Positions 38,654 through 49,627 of a stretch of 64,000 bases of DNA are shown one piece after another. A model generated the notes under the pieces. That model was not told the origin of the DNA. It worked only from the letters and a program-made list of their open reading frames with translations, and ran no database searches. The position numbers and the translations under genes were made by a program. The DNA lies in NCBI GenBank assembly GCA_947468665.1, contig CANILH010000002.1, positions 23,959 to 87,958 on the forward strand. The letters run 5' to 3'. Numbering within the stretch: the stretch's first letter is position 1; every line of letters begins with the position of its first letter. The stretch comes from Oligoflexales bacterium. GTDB lineage: Bacteria > Bdellovibrionota_B > Oligoflexia > Oligoflexales > RGVZ01.

Positions 38654-40246
38654 ATGCGTAAAGGTTTCATCATATTCGCAATTTTAGGTGTCGCCTCCAA
38701 TATTGCCCTGGGCTTCATTTGGTTTCCAGGAATTTACGGACTGGCCTTTCTCCTTCCAATTATCGCCGTTGGCCTACACGATATGTTGCAAAAGGGACAC
38801 ACCGTTCGCCGAAATTTTCCTATCTTGGGCCGGGCCCGGTGGATTCTTGAATCAATTCGTCCTGAGATTCAGCAGTACTTTATTGAAAACAACACGGACG
38901 GCCGCCCATTCAGCAGGGAACGAAGGTCATTAGTCTATCAGCGAGCCAAAAACGAGATTTCGACACTGCCGTTCGGCACGCAGATGGATGTTTATGCCAC
39001 CGGATACGAGTGGGTAAACCATAGCCTCGCCCCCAAAGCCGTTGACGCCAAAAATCTTCGTGTGATGGTCGGTGGACCAAAATGCAAACAACCTTATGAC
39101 GCGTCCATTTTAAATATTTCAGCCATGAGTTTCGGCGCGCTCAGCAAAAACGCTGTGCTGGCACTCAATCATGGCGCTAAAATGGGAAACTTCGCTCACT
39201 GCACCGGTGAGGGCGGGCTTTCTCCCTATCACCTGGAGCCCGGCGGAGATGTCATCTGGAACGTCGGTACAGGTTACTTTTCGTGTCGTACTCCCGATGG
39301 CCGATTTAGCCCGGAAAAATTCTCTGAAAGGGCACAGCTGCCCAACGTAAAAATGATTGAATTAAAGCTATCACAAGGGGCAAAGCCCGGGCATGGCGGG
39401 ATTCTTCCTGCTAAAAAACTAACAACCGAAATCGCAGCCATCCGAGGCGTTCCCATGGGTCAGGACGTGATATCCCCTCCAGCGCACTCCGCCTTCAAAG
39501 ACCCGATTGGCATGTTGAAGTTTCTTGATCAGATGAGGGATCTCAGCGGTGGCAAACCTACGGGGTTTAAACTCTGCGTTGGTAAAAGGCGAGAGTTTCT
39601 CTCCATCTGTAAAGCCATGGTAGAGACCGGCATCTATCCAGACTATATCGCCATCGACGGCGGTGAGGGTGGCACGGGGGCAGCACCACTAGAGTTCTCA
39701 AACCACGTTGGAAGTCCTCTTAATGAGTCCCTTGTTTTCGTCCACAACGCTCTAGTGGGAGTTGGCGTTCGTAAACACATTAAACTTTGGGTCTCAGGGC
39801 GAATTACCACGGGCTTTGATATGATCTCCAAGATTTGCATGGGAGCTGATGTTTGCTACAGCGCTCGCGCAATGATGATGGCACTTGGCTGTATTCAGGC
39901 TCTTCACTGTAACACCAATAAATGCCCGACCGGGGTAGCGACACAAAATCCGTGGCTGGTGCGTGGCCTGGCGGTCGATGACAAGAAGGTTCGCGTGTTT
40001 AATTTTCACCACGCGACGATTGAGAGTGTAGCTGAAATCATCGGCGCGATGGGATGCTCTTCCACAAATGATCTTCGTCCATGGCATTTGATGAGACGAT
40101 TTGGGCCATTCGAGGTCAAACACTATGGCGAGATATTCGGATACCTTGAAGAGGGTGCTCTCCTTGGTAACAACGCGCCAAAAGCATTCGCAAGAGCCTG
40201 GGATGTGGCCCGTCCGGACTCATTCGACTCGTCCAGTGCGTCTTAA
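38654..40246 (+). CDS. FMN-binding glutamate synthase family protein (GltB FMN-domain-like), membrane-anchored
   Basis: The ATG at 38654 follows AAGGAAAG. Two N-terminal TM helices, then ISAMSFGALS, LKLSQGAKPGHGGILP and IAIDGGEGGTGAAP, the hallmark blocks of this family. Confidence 0.85.
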   Translation: MRKGFIIFAILGVASNIALGFIWFPGIYGLAFLLPIIAVGLHDMLQKGHTVRRNFPILGRARWILESIRPEIQQYFIENNTDGRPFSRERRSLVYQRAKNEISTLPFGTQMDVYATGYEWVNHSLAPKAVDAKNLRVMVGGPKCKQPYDASILNISAMSFGALSKNAVLALNHGAKMGNFAHCTGEGGLSPYHLEPGGDVIWNVGTGYFSCRTPDGRFSPEKFSERAQLPNVKMIELKLSQGAKPGHGGILPAKKLTTEIAAIRGVPMGQDVISPPAHSAFKDPIGMLKFLDQMRDLSGGKPTGFKLCVGKRREFLSICKAMVETGIYPDYIAIDGGEGGTGAAPLEFSNHVGSPLNESLVFVHNALVGVGVRKHIKLWVSGRITTGFDMISKICMGADVCYSARAMMMALGCIQALHCNTNKCPTGVATQNPWLVRGLAVDDKKVRVFNFHHATIESVAEIIGAMGCSSTNDLRPWHLMRRFGPFEVKHYGEIFGYLEEGALLGNNAPKAFARAWDVARPDSFDSSSAS

Positions 40247-41233
40247 TACGATATAAAATCCAGCCGATACGGCGATAATGGCCAGTAACAGCAGCACGAG
40301 AGCACGCGACTCTGTTTTTTGGCGTGGGCTTTCGGCCATATCACCCAGGCGACCGGAGCTTCCGGTCCAGGGCCAAACTGCGCGAAGGTACGAGACTTCC
40401 TTGTCGCAGGCATCACAAGCAACACCCGATCGCAATAGCCTACGTTTGAGCTCTTCGTCTGTAGAAATTGCTAACGTCGAAAGTGCGAACTCTCTGGCCA
40501 GTGGTTTAATTTTCACGGAAATTGTCTCCACATCCTCTGCCTCTGGCGCGTGATGCGGCAATGATGCAACATAAAATGCCGCAGACCAAAGCTCGTCCAC
40601 GCTCAAGACATCAAGCATTGATGCCATCTCTGAATGATCCACGCCGTGGACCATTACGCCGTAAATTCCGAAAGGCGATTGTGAAAACTTACGATCCGGC
40701 GAGGCAAATGGGACTGGTTTAAACCGCAGTTTTGAGGTCAACCGGCCTTCAGCTCCCAATCCGTCACCGTGACAGGACGCACAATATTCATTATATACTC
40801 GCAAGCCAAGCTCCCTGGATGGCTGAACGACCGGAGCGGTATTCGATGCGAAATCGATAATCAGTTTATCGCGCAAGGTCTGTAATCGATCTGAAGTCTC
40901 GGAAAGCTTCCCGCCGGCAAAAAGCCGTTGAATATCCGTGACCTCGTTAGAGAATTCCTTATCATCGGTGTCGATCGCCGCTTCAACTCCCGCCACATGA
41001 CCTGAGGCATCACGAAGCGCGCGCGTTACGCAGTCAGAATCCTTCTCAGGACTATCAAGACAGCTCCGGGCTCGGTAAATATCCGCGAAAAGCCCCCAAT
41101 AGGACGCTCGGCGCTGCGCTTTCTCTTCCTTCGACGCGCGAGCGTAAGCCTCCCCCCAGGTCGAGAGACATAACAAACAGGCGATAATTAATTTTTTAAC
41201 GTACCGAACGCGCATACCGCACCAAAGGGACAA
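40220..41233 (-). CDS. Membrane-anchored mono-heme c-type cytochrome domain protein
   Basis: N-terminal signal peptide, a single CASCHGDG heme-binding site, and a C-terminal TM helix (ALVLLLLAIIAVSAGFYIVL). It starts 7 nt downstream of the cls stop. Confidence 0.6.
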   Translation of the reverse strand: MSLWCGMRVRYVKKLIIACLLCLSTWGEAYARASKEEKAQRRASYWGLFADIYRARSCLDSPEKDSDCVTRALRDASGHVAGVEAAIDTDDKEFSNEVTDIQRLFAGGKLSETSDRLQTLRDKLIIDFASNTAPVVQPSRELGLRVYNEYCASCHGDGLGAEGRLTSKLRFKPVPFASPDRKFSQSPFGIYGVMVHGVDHSEMASMLDVLSVDELWSAAFYVASLPHHAPEAEDVETISVKIKPLAREFALSTLAISTDEELKRRLLRSGVACDACDKEVSYLRAVWPWTGSSGRLGDMAESPRQKTESRALVLLLLAIIAVSAGFYIVLRRTGRVE

Positions 41234-41240
41234 ATTTTAG

Positions 41241-42716
41241 TCACATCAATGGGGCAAAGAGTCTCATAATCCTTCGAAAAAGCAAACGGCCAAGACGTCT
41301 ATTCGTAACATCAGATGGTAAAAGCGGCACACAATGCTTCGCGACTCCGGTCAAAATTCCCGCTATCTCATCCGTGAGTGCGCGATCTCTGATAAAAAGA
41401 TCCGTCTCAAAATTCAGGAAAAAACTCCTGTAATCAAGATTGGAAGACCCCGCGAGCACAACATCATCGTCAGCCATAATGAGCTTGCCGTGACAAACTC
41501 CTGGAACATAACGCAGAAGCTCGATGCCATACGTATGAAGCTCCGAAAAATACGAGTGCGCGCATGTATCAGTGATCGGGTGGTTAGAATGCCTGGGGAC
41601 AATAATTTTTACGTTGACACCCCTCACCACAGCCATTCGCATCGCGTGAAGGAGCTCTTTATCCGGAACAAAATAGGGCGTCATTATCCAGACTCTAGCC
41701 CTTGCCTCGTGGAAAAGATTAATCAATGTGGAATAAAAAGGCGCGTTATTCTCGGATGGGCCACTTGCCACAACCTGTAAAAGATTTTTGGAGTCAGAAG
41801 GACTTTTCGCGCTATCATGACGCCCTTCAATAATATCGGCTGGCAATGACCGGCCAGTTGTAAAATGCCAGTCTTCGGCGAATAAAGCGGTCAAATTACC
41901 AATCACCGGGCCATTGACCTGAAAGATCAGGTCAAACCACTTTGGCCGCTCCGGGTCATCACCCTCAAGGTAAAGCTTCCCTATGTTAAACCCTCCTGTG
42001 AAGGCCACCTGACCGTCACAGATCACAAGTTTGCGGTGATTACGCCAATTGATCTGAAAGCGTCTCTTAATTGGGTGGACATCAAGAAAACGGTGCATTT
42101 TCAGCCCTTTTTTCCGATAATCATCAATCAGGCGCTTATCAATGCCGTAGGATCCGAGAGCATCAAACAAAACGTGGACTCTGACTCCAGTCTGAGCTTT
42201 CGCCGCGAGTAGATCCAAAAACTGGATCCCCACACTATCTACCTGAATTTGATAAAATTGGATCAGAATATAGTCTTTTGCCTGCTCAATAGCTCCGCGG
42301 ATTGCGCGAAACGCGTTGGTGCTGTTAACGTGCAGCCGGCAATCGTTTCCAGATTGCAAATGCTGGCCATGTAGCATCGATGCCCACATAGCCGTTCTAT
42401 CAAAGCCAAGATAGCCCATCTGTGTCATTAGCTGCCTGTTGGTTGCGGCGATCTCATCTCGAGATTTACGGGCGAGTTTCAGGCTGGCTAGATGTTTTGA
42501 CGCGCGTTTTCGGGCCGCGTACTGCTCAAAAGGATTAACTCCGAAACTCACATAGAAAATCGCCGTCAGGAGCGGAAACAGGGCGACACCCAATATCCAG
42601 CTAAGGCAGACAACGGGCTCCTGCTTTTTGACCAGAATATGTGCGGCCAGAACCGCGCTCAGAATAAGAGTCACAACCTGCGACAACTCACTCAAATCAC
42701 TTTGAAAACTTCCCAA
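41241..42716 (-). CDS. cls: Cardiolipin synthase (PLD superfamily)
   Basis: Two N-terminal TM helices and two HKD motifs: NHRKLVICDGQVAFTGGFNIG and CHGKLIMADDDVVLAGSSNLD. Confidence 0.9.
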   Translation of the reverse strand: MGSFQSDLSELSQVVTLILSAVLAAHILVKKQEPVVCLSWILGVALFPLLTAIFYVSFGVNPFEQYAARKRASKHLASLKLARKSRDEIAATNRQLMTQMGYLGFDRTAMWASMLHGQHLQSGNDCRLHVNSTNAFRAIRGAIEQAKDYILIQFYQIQVDSVGIQFLDLLAAKAQTGVRVHVLFDALGSYGIDKRLIDDYRKKGLKMHRFLDVHPIKRRFQINWRNHRKLVICDGQVAFTGGFNIGKLYLEGDDPERPKWFDLIFQVNGPVIGNLTALFAEDWHFTTGRSLPADIIEGRHDSAKSPSDSKNLLQVVASGPSENNAPFYSTLINLFHEARARVWIMTPYFVPDKELLHAMRMAVVRGVNVKIIVPRHSNHPITDTCAHSYFSELHTYGIELLRYVPGVCHGKLIMADDDVVLAGSSNLDYRSFFLNFETDLFIRDRALTDEIAGILTGVAKHCVPLLPSDVTNRRLGRLLFRRIMRLFAPLM

Positions 42717-42853
42717 TGGTCACTCCAAGGTTTTTGGTGTCAAATTAGTCGCCGCCAAAAAACATCTAAACTATTGGCAATATTCACGAAAATCTATATG
42801 TGGTACATTATAAGCCTTATCCTGGCTGACGACAATTGGTGGGGACTACGACT

Positions 42854-45004
42854 ATGACAGAGCAGCAGAAAAAAGACCTTAAATCCTGGGAAGCCCTGGC
42901 GGCAAAAGAACTCCGCAACGTGGGTCTTGAGCATCTAAACAAGTTGACGCCTGAGGGACTATTCATAAAGCCTCTTTATACGGCGCTCGATACCAATGAC
43001 ATTGCCGCATTCACCCAGAGCCTCCCTGGACTGACTCCTTTTACCCGTGGCCCACGCGCCACCATGTACACCCACCGTCCGTGGACGGTTCGGCAGTACG
43101 CGGGCTTTAGTACGGCAAGCGAAAGTAATGCCTTTTACCGCAGAAACCTCGCGGCAGGCCAAAAGGGACTAAGTGTTGCTTTTGACCTGGCGACACACCG
43201 TGGCTATGACTCAGACCATCCGCGGGTCAAGGGTGATGTTGGCAAAGCAGGAGTTGCCATCGACACCGTCGAGGACATGAAAATTCTTTTTGACCAGATC
43301 CCCCTGAGTGAGATGAGCGTCAGCATGACCATGAACGGCGCCGTGCTGCCTATAATGGCATTTTATATTGTTGCGGCTGAAGAGCAGGGGTTCTCACAAG
43401 AACAACTCTCTGGAACAATCCAAAATGACATTTTAAAAGAATACATGGTGCGCAATACTTATATCTATCCGCCTGAGCCCAGCATGCGGATCGTGGGCGA
43501 TATTATCGCTTACACGGCCAAACACATGCCAAAGTTCAACAGCATCAGCATCAGTGGCTACCACATGCAAGAAGCCGGCGCTGATAGCGCCCTGGAGCTT
43601 GCCTATACCATCGCCGACGGACTTGAGTACGTAAAAACCGCCTTAGCTCATGGTCTGGATGTCGACGAGTTTGCGCCGAGGTTGTCTTTCTTTTTCGCGA
43701 TCGGCATGAACTTTTATATGGAGATTGCGAAGCTTAGGGCTGCCCGGTACCTGTGGAATGAGGTAATGAGCCAGTTCAAACCCAAAAACCCACAGTCTTC
43801 CATGCTTAGAACTCATTGCCAGACTTCAGGATACTCGCTGACCGAGCAAGATCCTTATAATAACGTCATCCGAACAACCATCGAGGCTATGGCCGCCGTC
43901 TTTGGCGGAACCCAGTCTCTTCACACTAACGCTCTAGACGAAGCTATCGCGCTCCCATCGGAGTCATCCGCCCGCGTTGCCCGCAACACGCAGCTCATTA
44001 TCCAGGAAGAGACTGACATCTGTCACACTGTTGACCCATTTGGCGGTAGTTATTTTATGGAACGCCTGACCTGGGATCTTATTGAGAGGGCGCGTGTAAT
44101 CATGAAGGAAGTTCACGACATGGGCGGCATGGTTCACGCCATCAATAAAGGCATCCCAAAGCTTCGCATCGAGGAAAGTGCGGCCAAAAAACAAGCCCGA
44201 GTTGACAGCGGTAAAGATGTCATCGTTGGAGTCAACAAGTATAAAGTCACGTCCGGTGGCGACTCTGTCGAGGTTCGCGATGTCGACAATACCACTGTGA
44301 GAGACGGTCAAATCAAATCCCTTGAGTCAGTAAAAGCCAAAAGAGACAACAACGCGGTTAAGAAGTGCCTGGCCGACCTTAAACGAAACGCCGCCGATAA
44401 TACTGGAAATCTCATGGAGCTCTCCCTGGCCGCGGCCAGGGCCAGGGCAACACTTGGGGAAATCAGCGAGGCCCTGGCTGAGGTATTTGGGCGGCACAAG
44501 GCTCAGGTTCAGTCAATCAGCTCAGTTTACGCGACAGCCTTTGGAGGTCAGGACGTGATCACAAAAATCAGGGACCGCGCGAGTCACTTCGCGAAAACTA
44601 ACGGGCGCAGACCAAGGATTTTGGTATGTAAACTTGGCCAGGACGGCCACGACCGCGGAGCTAAAGTTATCGCGACTGGTTTGGCAGACCTTGGTTTTGA
44701 CGTTGATATTGGCCCCATGTTTCAGACCCCTGAGGAGGCCGCCAAAGAAGCGGTAGAAAATGACGTCCACGTGGTTGGCGTCTCAAGCCAGGCGGCAGGC
44801 CACAAAACCCTTGTACCAGATCTAATAACAGCCCTCAAAACCAACGGCGGACAGCACATCAGAGTTGTCGTTGGCGGCATTATTCCGCCACGAGACTATG
44901 AGTTCCTGAAGAATGCCGGATGCGCCGCTATTTTTGGCCCCGGCACCCCAATTCCAGAATGCGCTGAAACCATTTTAAATTTCCTTGAGAGCCCCAAGAA
45001 ATGA
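42854..45004 (+). CDS. Methylmalonyl-CoA mutase, single-chain (catalytic barrel plus B12-binding domain)
   Basis: [27 protein letters not shown], and the C-terminal [11 protein letters not shown] cobalamin DxHxxG motif. The ATG at 42854 follows GGTGGGGA. Confidence 0.92.
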   Translation: MTEQQKKDLKSWEALAAKELRNVGLEHLNKLTPEGLFIKPLYTALDTNDIAAFTQSLPGLTPFTRGPRATMYTHRPWTVRQYAGFSTASESNAFYRRNLAAGQKGLSVAFDLATHRGYDSDHPRVKGDVGKAGVAIDTVEDMKILFDQIPLSEMSVSMTMNGAVLPIMAFYIVAAEEQGFSQEQLSGTIQNDILKEYMVRNTYIYPPEPSMRIVGDIIAYTAKHMPKFNSISISGYHMQEAGADSALELAYTIADGLEYVKTALAHGLDVDEFAPRLSFFFAIGMNFYMEIAKLRAARYLWNEVMSQFKPKNPQSSMLRTHCQTSGYSLTEQDPYNNVIRTTIEAMAAVFGGTQSLHTNALDEAIALPSESSARVARNTQLIIQEETDICHTVDPFGGSYFMERLTWDLIERARVIMKEVHDMGGMVHAINKGIPKLRIEESAAKKQARVDSGKDVIVGVNKYKVTSGGDSVEVRDVDNTTVRDGQIKSLESVKAKRDNNAVKKCLADLKRNAADNTGNLMELSLAAARARATLGEISEALAEVFGRHKAQVQSISSVYATAFGGQDVITKIRDRASHFAKTNGRRPRILVCKLGQDGHDRGAKVIATGLADLGFDVDIGPMFQTPEEAAKEAVENDVHVVGVSSQAAGHKTLVPDLITALKTNGGQHIRVVVGGIIPPRDYEFLKNAGCAAIFGPGTPIPECAETILNFLESPKK

Positions 45005-45987
45005 CACTCTCGCCAGCTCCGCAGCTGATCAAAGAAATCAGTCAAGGGTCACGCCCAGCGCTCGCCCGTGCTATTACGATTCTTGAGAGCACAAGAACGG
45101 ATCATAGACAGTGGGCTGAAGAAATTCTTGAGAGCCTACTGCCAAAATCTGGAAATGCCATAAGAGTGGCGATCAGCGGACCTCCAGGGGTTGGCAAAAG
45201 TAGTTTTATTGAGGCCCTTGGCCTTCACCTAGTAAATCTTGGCAAAAAGCTTGCTGTTCTTGCCATTGACCCGTCGTCACCAGTGACGGGCGGGAGCATC
45301 TTGGGAGACAAAACCAGAATGGAGGAACTCGCCAAGTCTGAGAGCTGCTTTATCCGGCCATCACCCACATCTGGGGCCTTAGGTGGAGTGGCCCGACACA
45401 CCCGAGAGACACTTTTTCTCTGCGAAGCCGCGGGTTTTGATGTCATCTTGATTGAGACAGTCGGCATCGGACAATCCGAGGTCATGGCCGCGAGCATGAC
45501 CGATATTTTTGTCCAACTTCATCAGCCTTATAGTGGCGACGAGTTACAGGGCATCAAAAAAGGCGTCATGGAGCTGGCTGACCTCGTGGTGATCACTAAA
45601 GCTGACGGTGACGCGAAAACGGCTGCCGATCTCGCGCGAGTAGAACTTGAAAGAGCGATCTCGCTGACCCGAACAGAGGCTGAAGAAAAAGCCGACGTAT
45701 TGATTTCGAGCGCCCACAACAATATCGGGATCACTGAGGTTTGGCGCAAATTAGAAAACATATACGCTTCCAGAACGACCTCGGGAGCACTCCGCTCAAA
45801 ACGCAAAAAACAGGCGAGAAGCTGGCTCCAGCAAGAGATCGAGTCTGAGTTATTTGATCTTCTGTCAAGCCATCCCCGTTATGACGACATGCTCGCAACG
45901 ACAGTCGGCCGGTTGGAGGCCTCAGGCGAGCATTGCGGTCGGGCAGCGCGCAACCTTGTGCGGACGCTACTCACCCAGGCACCCTGA
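45001..45987 (+). CDS. meaB: Methylmalonyl-CoA mutase-associated GTPase MeaB/ArgK
   Basis: [10 protein letters not shown]-loop, ETVGIGQSE, and VITKADG. It overlaps the mutase stop by 4 nt. Confidence 0.9.
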   Translation: MTLSPAPQLIKEISQGSRPALARAITILESTRTDHRQWAEEILESLLPKSGNAIRVAISGPPGVGKSSFIEALGLHLVNLGKKLAVLAIDPSSPVTGGSILGDKTRMEELAKSESCFIRPSPTSGALGGVARHTRETLFLCEAAGFDVILIETVGIGQSEVMAASMTDIFVQLHQPYSGDELQGIKKGVMELADLVVITKADGDAKTAADLARVELERAISLTRTEAEEKADVLISSAHNNIGITEVWRKLENIYASRTTSGALRSKRKKQARSWLQQEIESELFDLLSSHPRYDDMLATTVGRLEASGEHCGRAARNLVRTLLTQAP

Positions 45988-45989
45988 AT

Positions 45990-47348
45990 TTATTTGTGCT
46001 GAATCTTTTTCCAGTAGCTCTCTCGATCAAACCCAGGAGAGTGCGGAGGTGTATGACACATCGCGCAGGCTGTTTTTGCGTCAATGCTGCTCTTAATTGT
46101 AGGGTTTTCCACGTGCCGCCTTCTTGGCCCATGACAACTCTCACACTGAACATTGGAAAACTGAGGACTCTTATCCTCACTCACGTAGCCACCCTTCGTT
46201 GAGAAGCCCAGGACGTGACATTCCACACAAGGTGGCTCTTCCTGCTTTTCCTTCAGCTTTAAAGATGCCATCGCGCTCGCGTGCTTTGACTGGGCCCAGA
46301 TTTCATAGGCGGATTTATGGCAGGACAGACAAGCCGCTGATCCGGCGAATTCAGAGGATCCCAAGTCTTTTTCCCGTCGGCCGATCATGGCGAGAAAGCT
46401 ATCTTTGGACTTGGTCTTAGCTTCAGAGAAGATTTTTTTGATATCGTCAGAAAGTCCATCATCTTCCCCGGCACGAAGCCAATGGATGGTTTGGAGTGCC
46501 GGCAACCCAGACAAGGGCAATCCCGGTGTTATATTACCAGCGCAAGACCCGCAATTAGGCTTAAGGGCGTTTGCCAAAGTTTGGGGAACCGCCGTAACCT
46601 CAAGCCCACCAAGGCGCAAAATGCCTCCTCCACCAAATGGGACAGACCAAGCCATTATCTGACCCTTGGATTCGCGGGTAAGAGAACGCTCATTTTTCTG
46701 CTCCTGATCCCCAAGCTCAAGTCCAAGTTTTGTCTGATTTGAACTCACAATAAGATCAAAAAACTTAGACTTATAAAAAAACGACAAATCCTTGTCGGTA
46801 CCAGAGAATATCAGTACCCGCGTGGCACCCTTTTTAACAGGAGATACCCTCCGCCATCTGCCGATGAGGCCGGGATCCGCCACCGTAAGGTTTTTGTCGA
46901 CTAACCCCAAGTAACCGTAAATTTCCGCCCCCTCTTTAGTGACTACGGTACTGGTTTTTACCCTCATGGAAGGGCCTTTATAATTTGAGAGAACCCAGTT
47001 CAGGTCAGGAATGGACTTCCCATGGGCAAGTCGACTCCATTCCAATTGATTAAGAAGGCTCGCGGTGGGCTTAATTATCTCCAGCGCGCGGGCAAGTGCT
47101 GTGGACTCGGGAGTTTCCGCGTCGAGATCAAGCAAGCTATTACCCGCGTCCACCACCAAGAGCCCCGGACTGGAGGCGCGGTAACGAGAGATGACCGTGG
47201 CAAGGCGCTTGACTCCGCCAACATCGGTACGCGGATCACAGCCGCAAGGCTCGACATGTCCTCTAAGATCACCAAATGCGGCGACTGGCAGAGCAAAAAG
47301 TCTCTGCCCTGCCACCAAAACCATAAAAAAGACAAAAAATCTAGCCAT
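45990..47348 (-). CDS. Secreted tetraheme c-type cytochrome (cytochrome c554-like C-terminal module) with unassigned N-terminal domain
   Basis: Signal peptide and four CxxCH sites: CLSCH (followed by W..SKHASA), CVECH, CESCH and CAMCH. The N-terminal ~300 aa contain GDLRGHVEPCGC. Confidence 0.7.
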   Translation of the reverse strand: MARFFVFFMVLVAGQRLFALPVAAFGDLRGHVEPCGCDPRTDVGGVKRLATVISRYRASSPGLLVVDAGNSLLDLDAETPESTALARALEIIKPTASLLNQLEWSRLAHGKSIPDLNWVLSNYKGPSMRVKTSTVVTKEGAEIYGYLGLVDKNLTVADPGLIGRWRRVSPVKKGATRVLIFSGTDKDLSFFYKSKFFDLIVSSNQTKLGLELGDQEQKNERSLTRESKGQIMAWSVPFGGGGILRLGGLEVTAVPQTLANALKPNCGSCAGNITPGLPLSGLPALQTIHWLRAGEDDGLSDDIKKIFSEAKTKSKDSFLAMIGRREKDLGSSEFAGSAACLSCHKSAYEIWAQSKHASAMASLKLKEKQEEPPCVECHVLGFSTKGGYVSEDKSPQFSNVQCESCHGPRRRHVENPTIKSSIDAKTACAMCHTPPHSPGFDRESYWKKIQHK

Positions 47349-47425
47349 TTAGACGATTATACTTCCACTAATACCATTGGTTTACTATACCGATACCACC
47401 AATATTTTGATTATAGGACACTGGG

Positions 47426-47806
47426 TTGATTATGACATTCCAAATTACCATGACCGACGCCGCTATTTCTGCGGCAAAAAATTATAAGTTAGAAAACGAA
47501 ACCTATAGCGACCAGTGTTTGAGGGTTTACCTTTCCGGAAAAGGGTGTGACGGCTTTGAATACGGCGTCAGTTTTGACTCCTCCCAGGACGGCGACCACA
47601 TTATTAAAATCACCGACGACGTTTCGCTAATCTGTGATGAAAAATCAATGGAGTTCGTTAAGGACTCTATAATCGATTGGATAGACGACGAGCGCGGCCA
47701 GGGGTTTTTAGTAACTAACCCCAATCACAAAAAATTCCGCGGAAAATTTTACAAGAAAACGGCGTGGAAAGAGCGTCTCTCGGATGCCCCTACACTGAAC
47801 ACATAA
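47426..47806 (+). CDS. HesB/IscA-like (A-type carrier fold) protein lacking the C-terminal CGCG motif
   Basis: LRVYLSGKGCDGFEYGVSFD and GFLVTNPN match the IscA/ErpA pattern. The usual terminal CGCG..F is replaced by HKKFRGKFYKK. Confidence 0.6.
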   Translation: MIMTFQITMTDAAISAAKNYKLENETYSDQCLRVYLSGKGCDGFEYGVSFDSSQDGDHIIKITDDVSLICDEKSMEFVKDSIIDWIDDERGQGFLVTNPNHKKFRGKFYKKTAWKERLSDAPTLNT

Positions 47807-47838
47807 GAAAATTAAACTAATACTGTTATTGAACGCGT

Positions 47839-49464
47839 CTATTTAAACGCCACAATTTCAACTTTTTGGGTAAACATCTGGCTCGACAGGGACTTCACGA
47901 AAACGGCCACCTCGCGCGTCGCTTCAAGAAAGTCGCGGTTAATGGCCAGGAGACTGCCCGCCTTATTGATATATACTTTTTTTCCCTGCTGAGTATTTTT
48001 GGATACCCATTCCTTCAACTCCTCGATTGATAGACCCGATGCGTCATAAAGCGAAGTCCTTGAGCCCTTAAAGACCAAATCACCTTTCATGAGAAACCTG
48101 ATTTTATCGGCGGCCGTCGCGTCAACACCCGAGCCGGATATTTGCATTATCACTTTACCCGTCTTCGCGACAAAAACCCCATTCGCGGAAATACCCTGCG
48201 ACTTTACAACCCTCACATTCTCGCTTTTCATCATAAGTGGTAAAAGCGAAAGATATTGTGATGGTGTAGTCACGATCATCTGAAATTTGAGAGATGCCTT
48301 GGGTGGAGTCGGGAATAACTCCGCTTTTTGCTCACCGCTGCCATCGATAGATGACAAACCGACCACAAGTGGCACACTATTGGCGGCATCGCGGTATGAG
48401 CAAATGGTTGTCTCCACCACGTTACCCGCAAACGACCAGCGCTGCCCACGTTTCGTTTTCACCCTGGCGCCGCCGCGAAGACCTACCACCGCGCATGGTA
48501 CTCCGTCTTTATTCGGCTCTCCATTCAAAGACCCGAATTCAGAAAGCTTCAACTCGAAAGAGCCGCCTTTTGTGAGCAGAACCCTTTTTTTCTCAGCGCC
48601 ATTTGTAAGCTCGAATGCTGGGGACCACTCAGGCGGCATATTCTTTGGCTCAGTCCATCTTAAAGTGGCAAGTTCGCCACTAGCCGCGGTTAAAGACGCG
48701 AAGGTAAAGTACTCTGCCTTCAACTCAGACGTATCAGGCTTAATCTCAGTGCCAACAACGGCAAACTCCGGAGGTGGGGGAGGTGCAATGACCTTTTTTG
48801 GTTCCTCGACCGGGGGAGGGGGAGGCGGTGGTGGTAGAACTTCCTCCAGCAACACCACCGGCATCACGTCTACCACGGGGGGGGTCACCAACGGTTCTGG
48901 TATGGTCTCCTCTTTAATGGATTTAGGACGACGCACACCCTTAAACTCTCTTACACCACCACTGTCGCGAACGATCCCACGCTCCTCGCCTGGCTCAATC
49001 ACATAATCACGGCCGGCGACTCGAATAATAATCGGGTTCTGAGTTTTGTGGACTTTAGCATTAGACCTTTTGATGCTCTGAATAGCGACAGAACCCTTGG
49101 GCAGACTAAGTATATAGGTTAATCCGCTACTCTGACGAATGGTACTCAACGTCAAAGTTGAATCCTCACCAATATTTGCAACCCGGCCGTCACCAAAGTC
49201 GACAACCACGCCTGAAGATTTTCCGGTCGCGAGACGATCGCCATCATAAATACCTTGTTTAGAGTCGCTGATCCGCTTCCACCGTGTATCGTCTTCGCTG
49301 CGGTACGTGACATCACGGGCTGTCTTCACGACCCTGGCTACCGGTGTACCGGAAATCGCGAAAAACCTGTCCTCATGGAGTAAAAAATATCCCACCGCGC
49401 CGATGGCAACAAGCCACATGACGGTCAGGACATTTTTATTCCACGATGAACCCACCAAGAACAC
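47839..49464 (-). CDS. Membrane-anchored FecR-domain protein with poly-proline linker
   Basis: N-terminal TM helix and a FecR-like block (ARVVKTARDVTYRS...GIYDGDRLATGKSSGVVVDFGDGRVANIGEDSTLTL), followed by PPPPPPPPVEEPKKVIAPPPPP. The start (GTG 49464 or ATG 49419) is uncertain. Confidence 0.55.
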   Translation of the reverse strand: MFLVGSSWNKNVLTVMWLVAIGAVGYFLLHEDRFFAISGTPVARVVKTARDVTYRSEDDTRWKRISDSKQGIYDGDRLATGKSSGVVVDFGDGRVANIGEDSTLTLSTIRQSSGLTYILSLPKGSVAIQSIKRSNAKVHKTQNPIIIRVAGRDYVIEPGEERGIVRDSGGVREFKGVRRPKSIKEETIPEPLVTPPVVDVMPVVLLEEVLPPPPPPPPVEEPKKVIAPPPPPEFAVVGTEIKPDTSELKAEYFTFASLTAASGELATLRWTEPKNMPPEWSPAFELTNGAEKKRVLLTKGGSFELKLSEFGSLNGEPNKDGVPCAVVGLRGGARVKTKRGQRWSFAGNVVETTICSYRDAANSVPLVVGLSSIDGSGEQKAELFPTPPKASLKFQMIVTTPSQYLSLLPLMMKSENVRVVKSQGISANGVFVAKTGKVIMQISGSGVDATAADKIRFLMKGDLVFKGSRTSLYDASGLSIEELKEWVSKNTQQGKKVYINKAGSLLAINRDFLEATREVAVFVKSLSSQMFTQKVEIVAFK

Positions 49465-49627
49465 TCCCCAATTTGGTTTGTTTTCTATTTTATGCCAAAC
49501 ATTTTTAGACCTCGATACTGGGCATATCGGTCATTTGTCTCCAAACTTTAGAATCCCCTACCCTAACATTTTCTATTTATCTGCCGATCCACCTTTCGAC
49601 AGATCCAGTTTTCAAGGAGGTCTCTGG

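Noticed and set aside
42717-42853. A cobalamin riboswitch upstream of the B12-dependent methylmalonyl-CoA mutase.
   Set aside because: I read both strands of the 137-nt region and found no B12-box-like conserved core or extended helices. The region is short and AT-rich, like a plain divergent promoter.
48771-48836. A G-rich tract on the plus strand with possible G-quadruplex potential.
   Set aside because: It is the complement of the codons for the PPPPPPPP...PPPPP linker of the FecR-domain protein, so the coding constraint explains it.
49307-49627. A 107-codon N-terminal extension of the HAMP-SpoIIE ORF in the six-frame track.
   Set aside because: The extension overlaps the 5' end of the divergent FecR-domain gene. 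An ATG at 49628 preceded by AAGGAGG gives a sensible TM-helix N-terminus.
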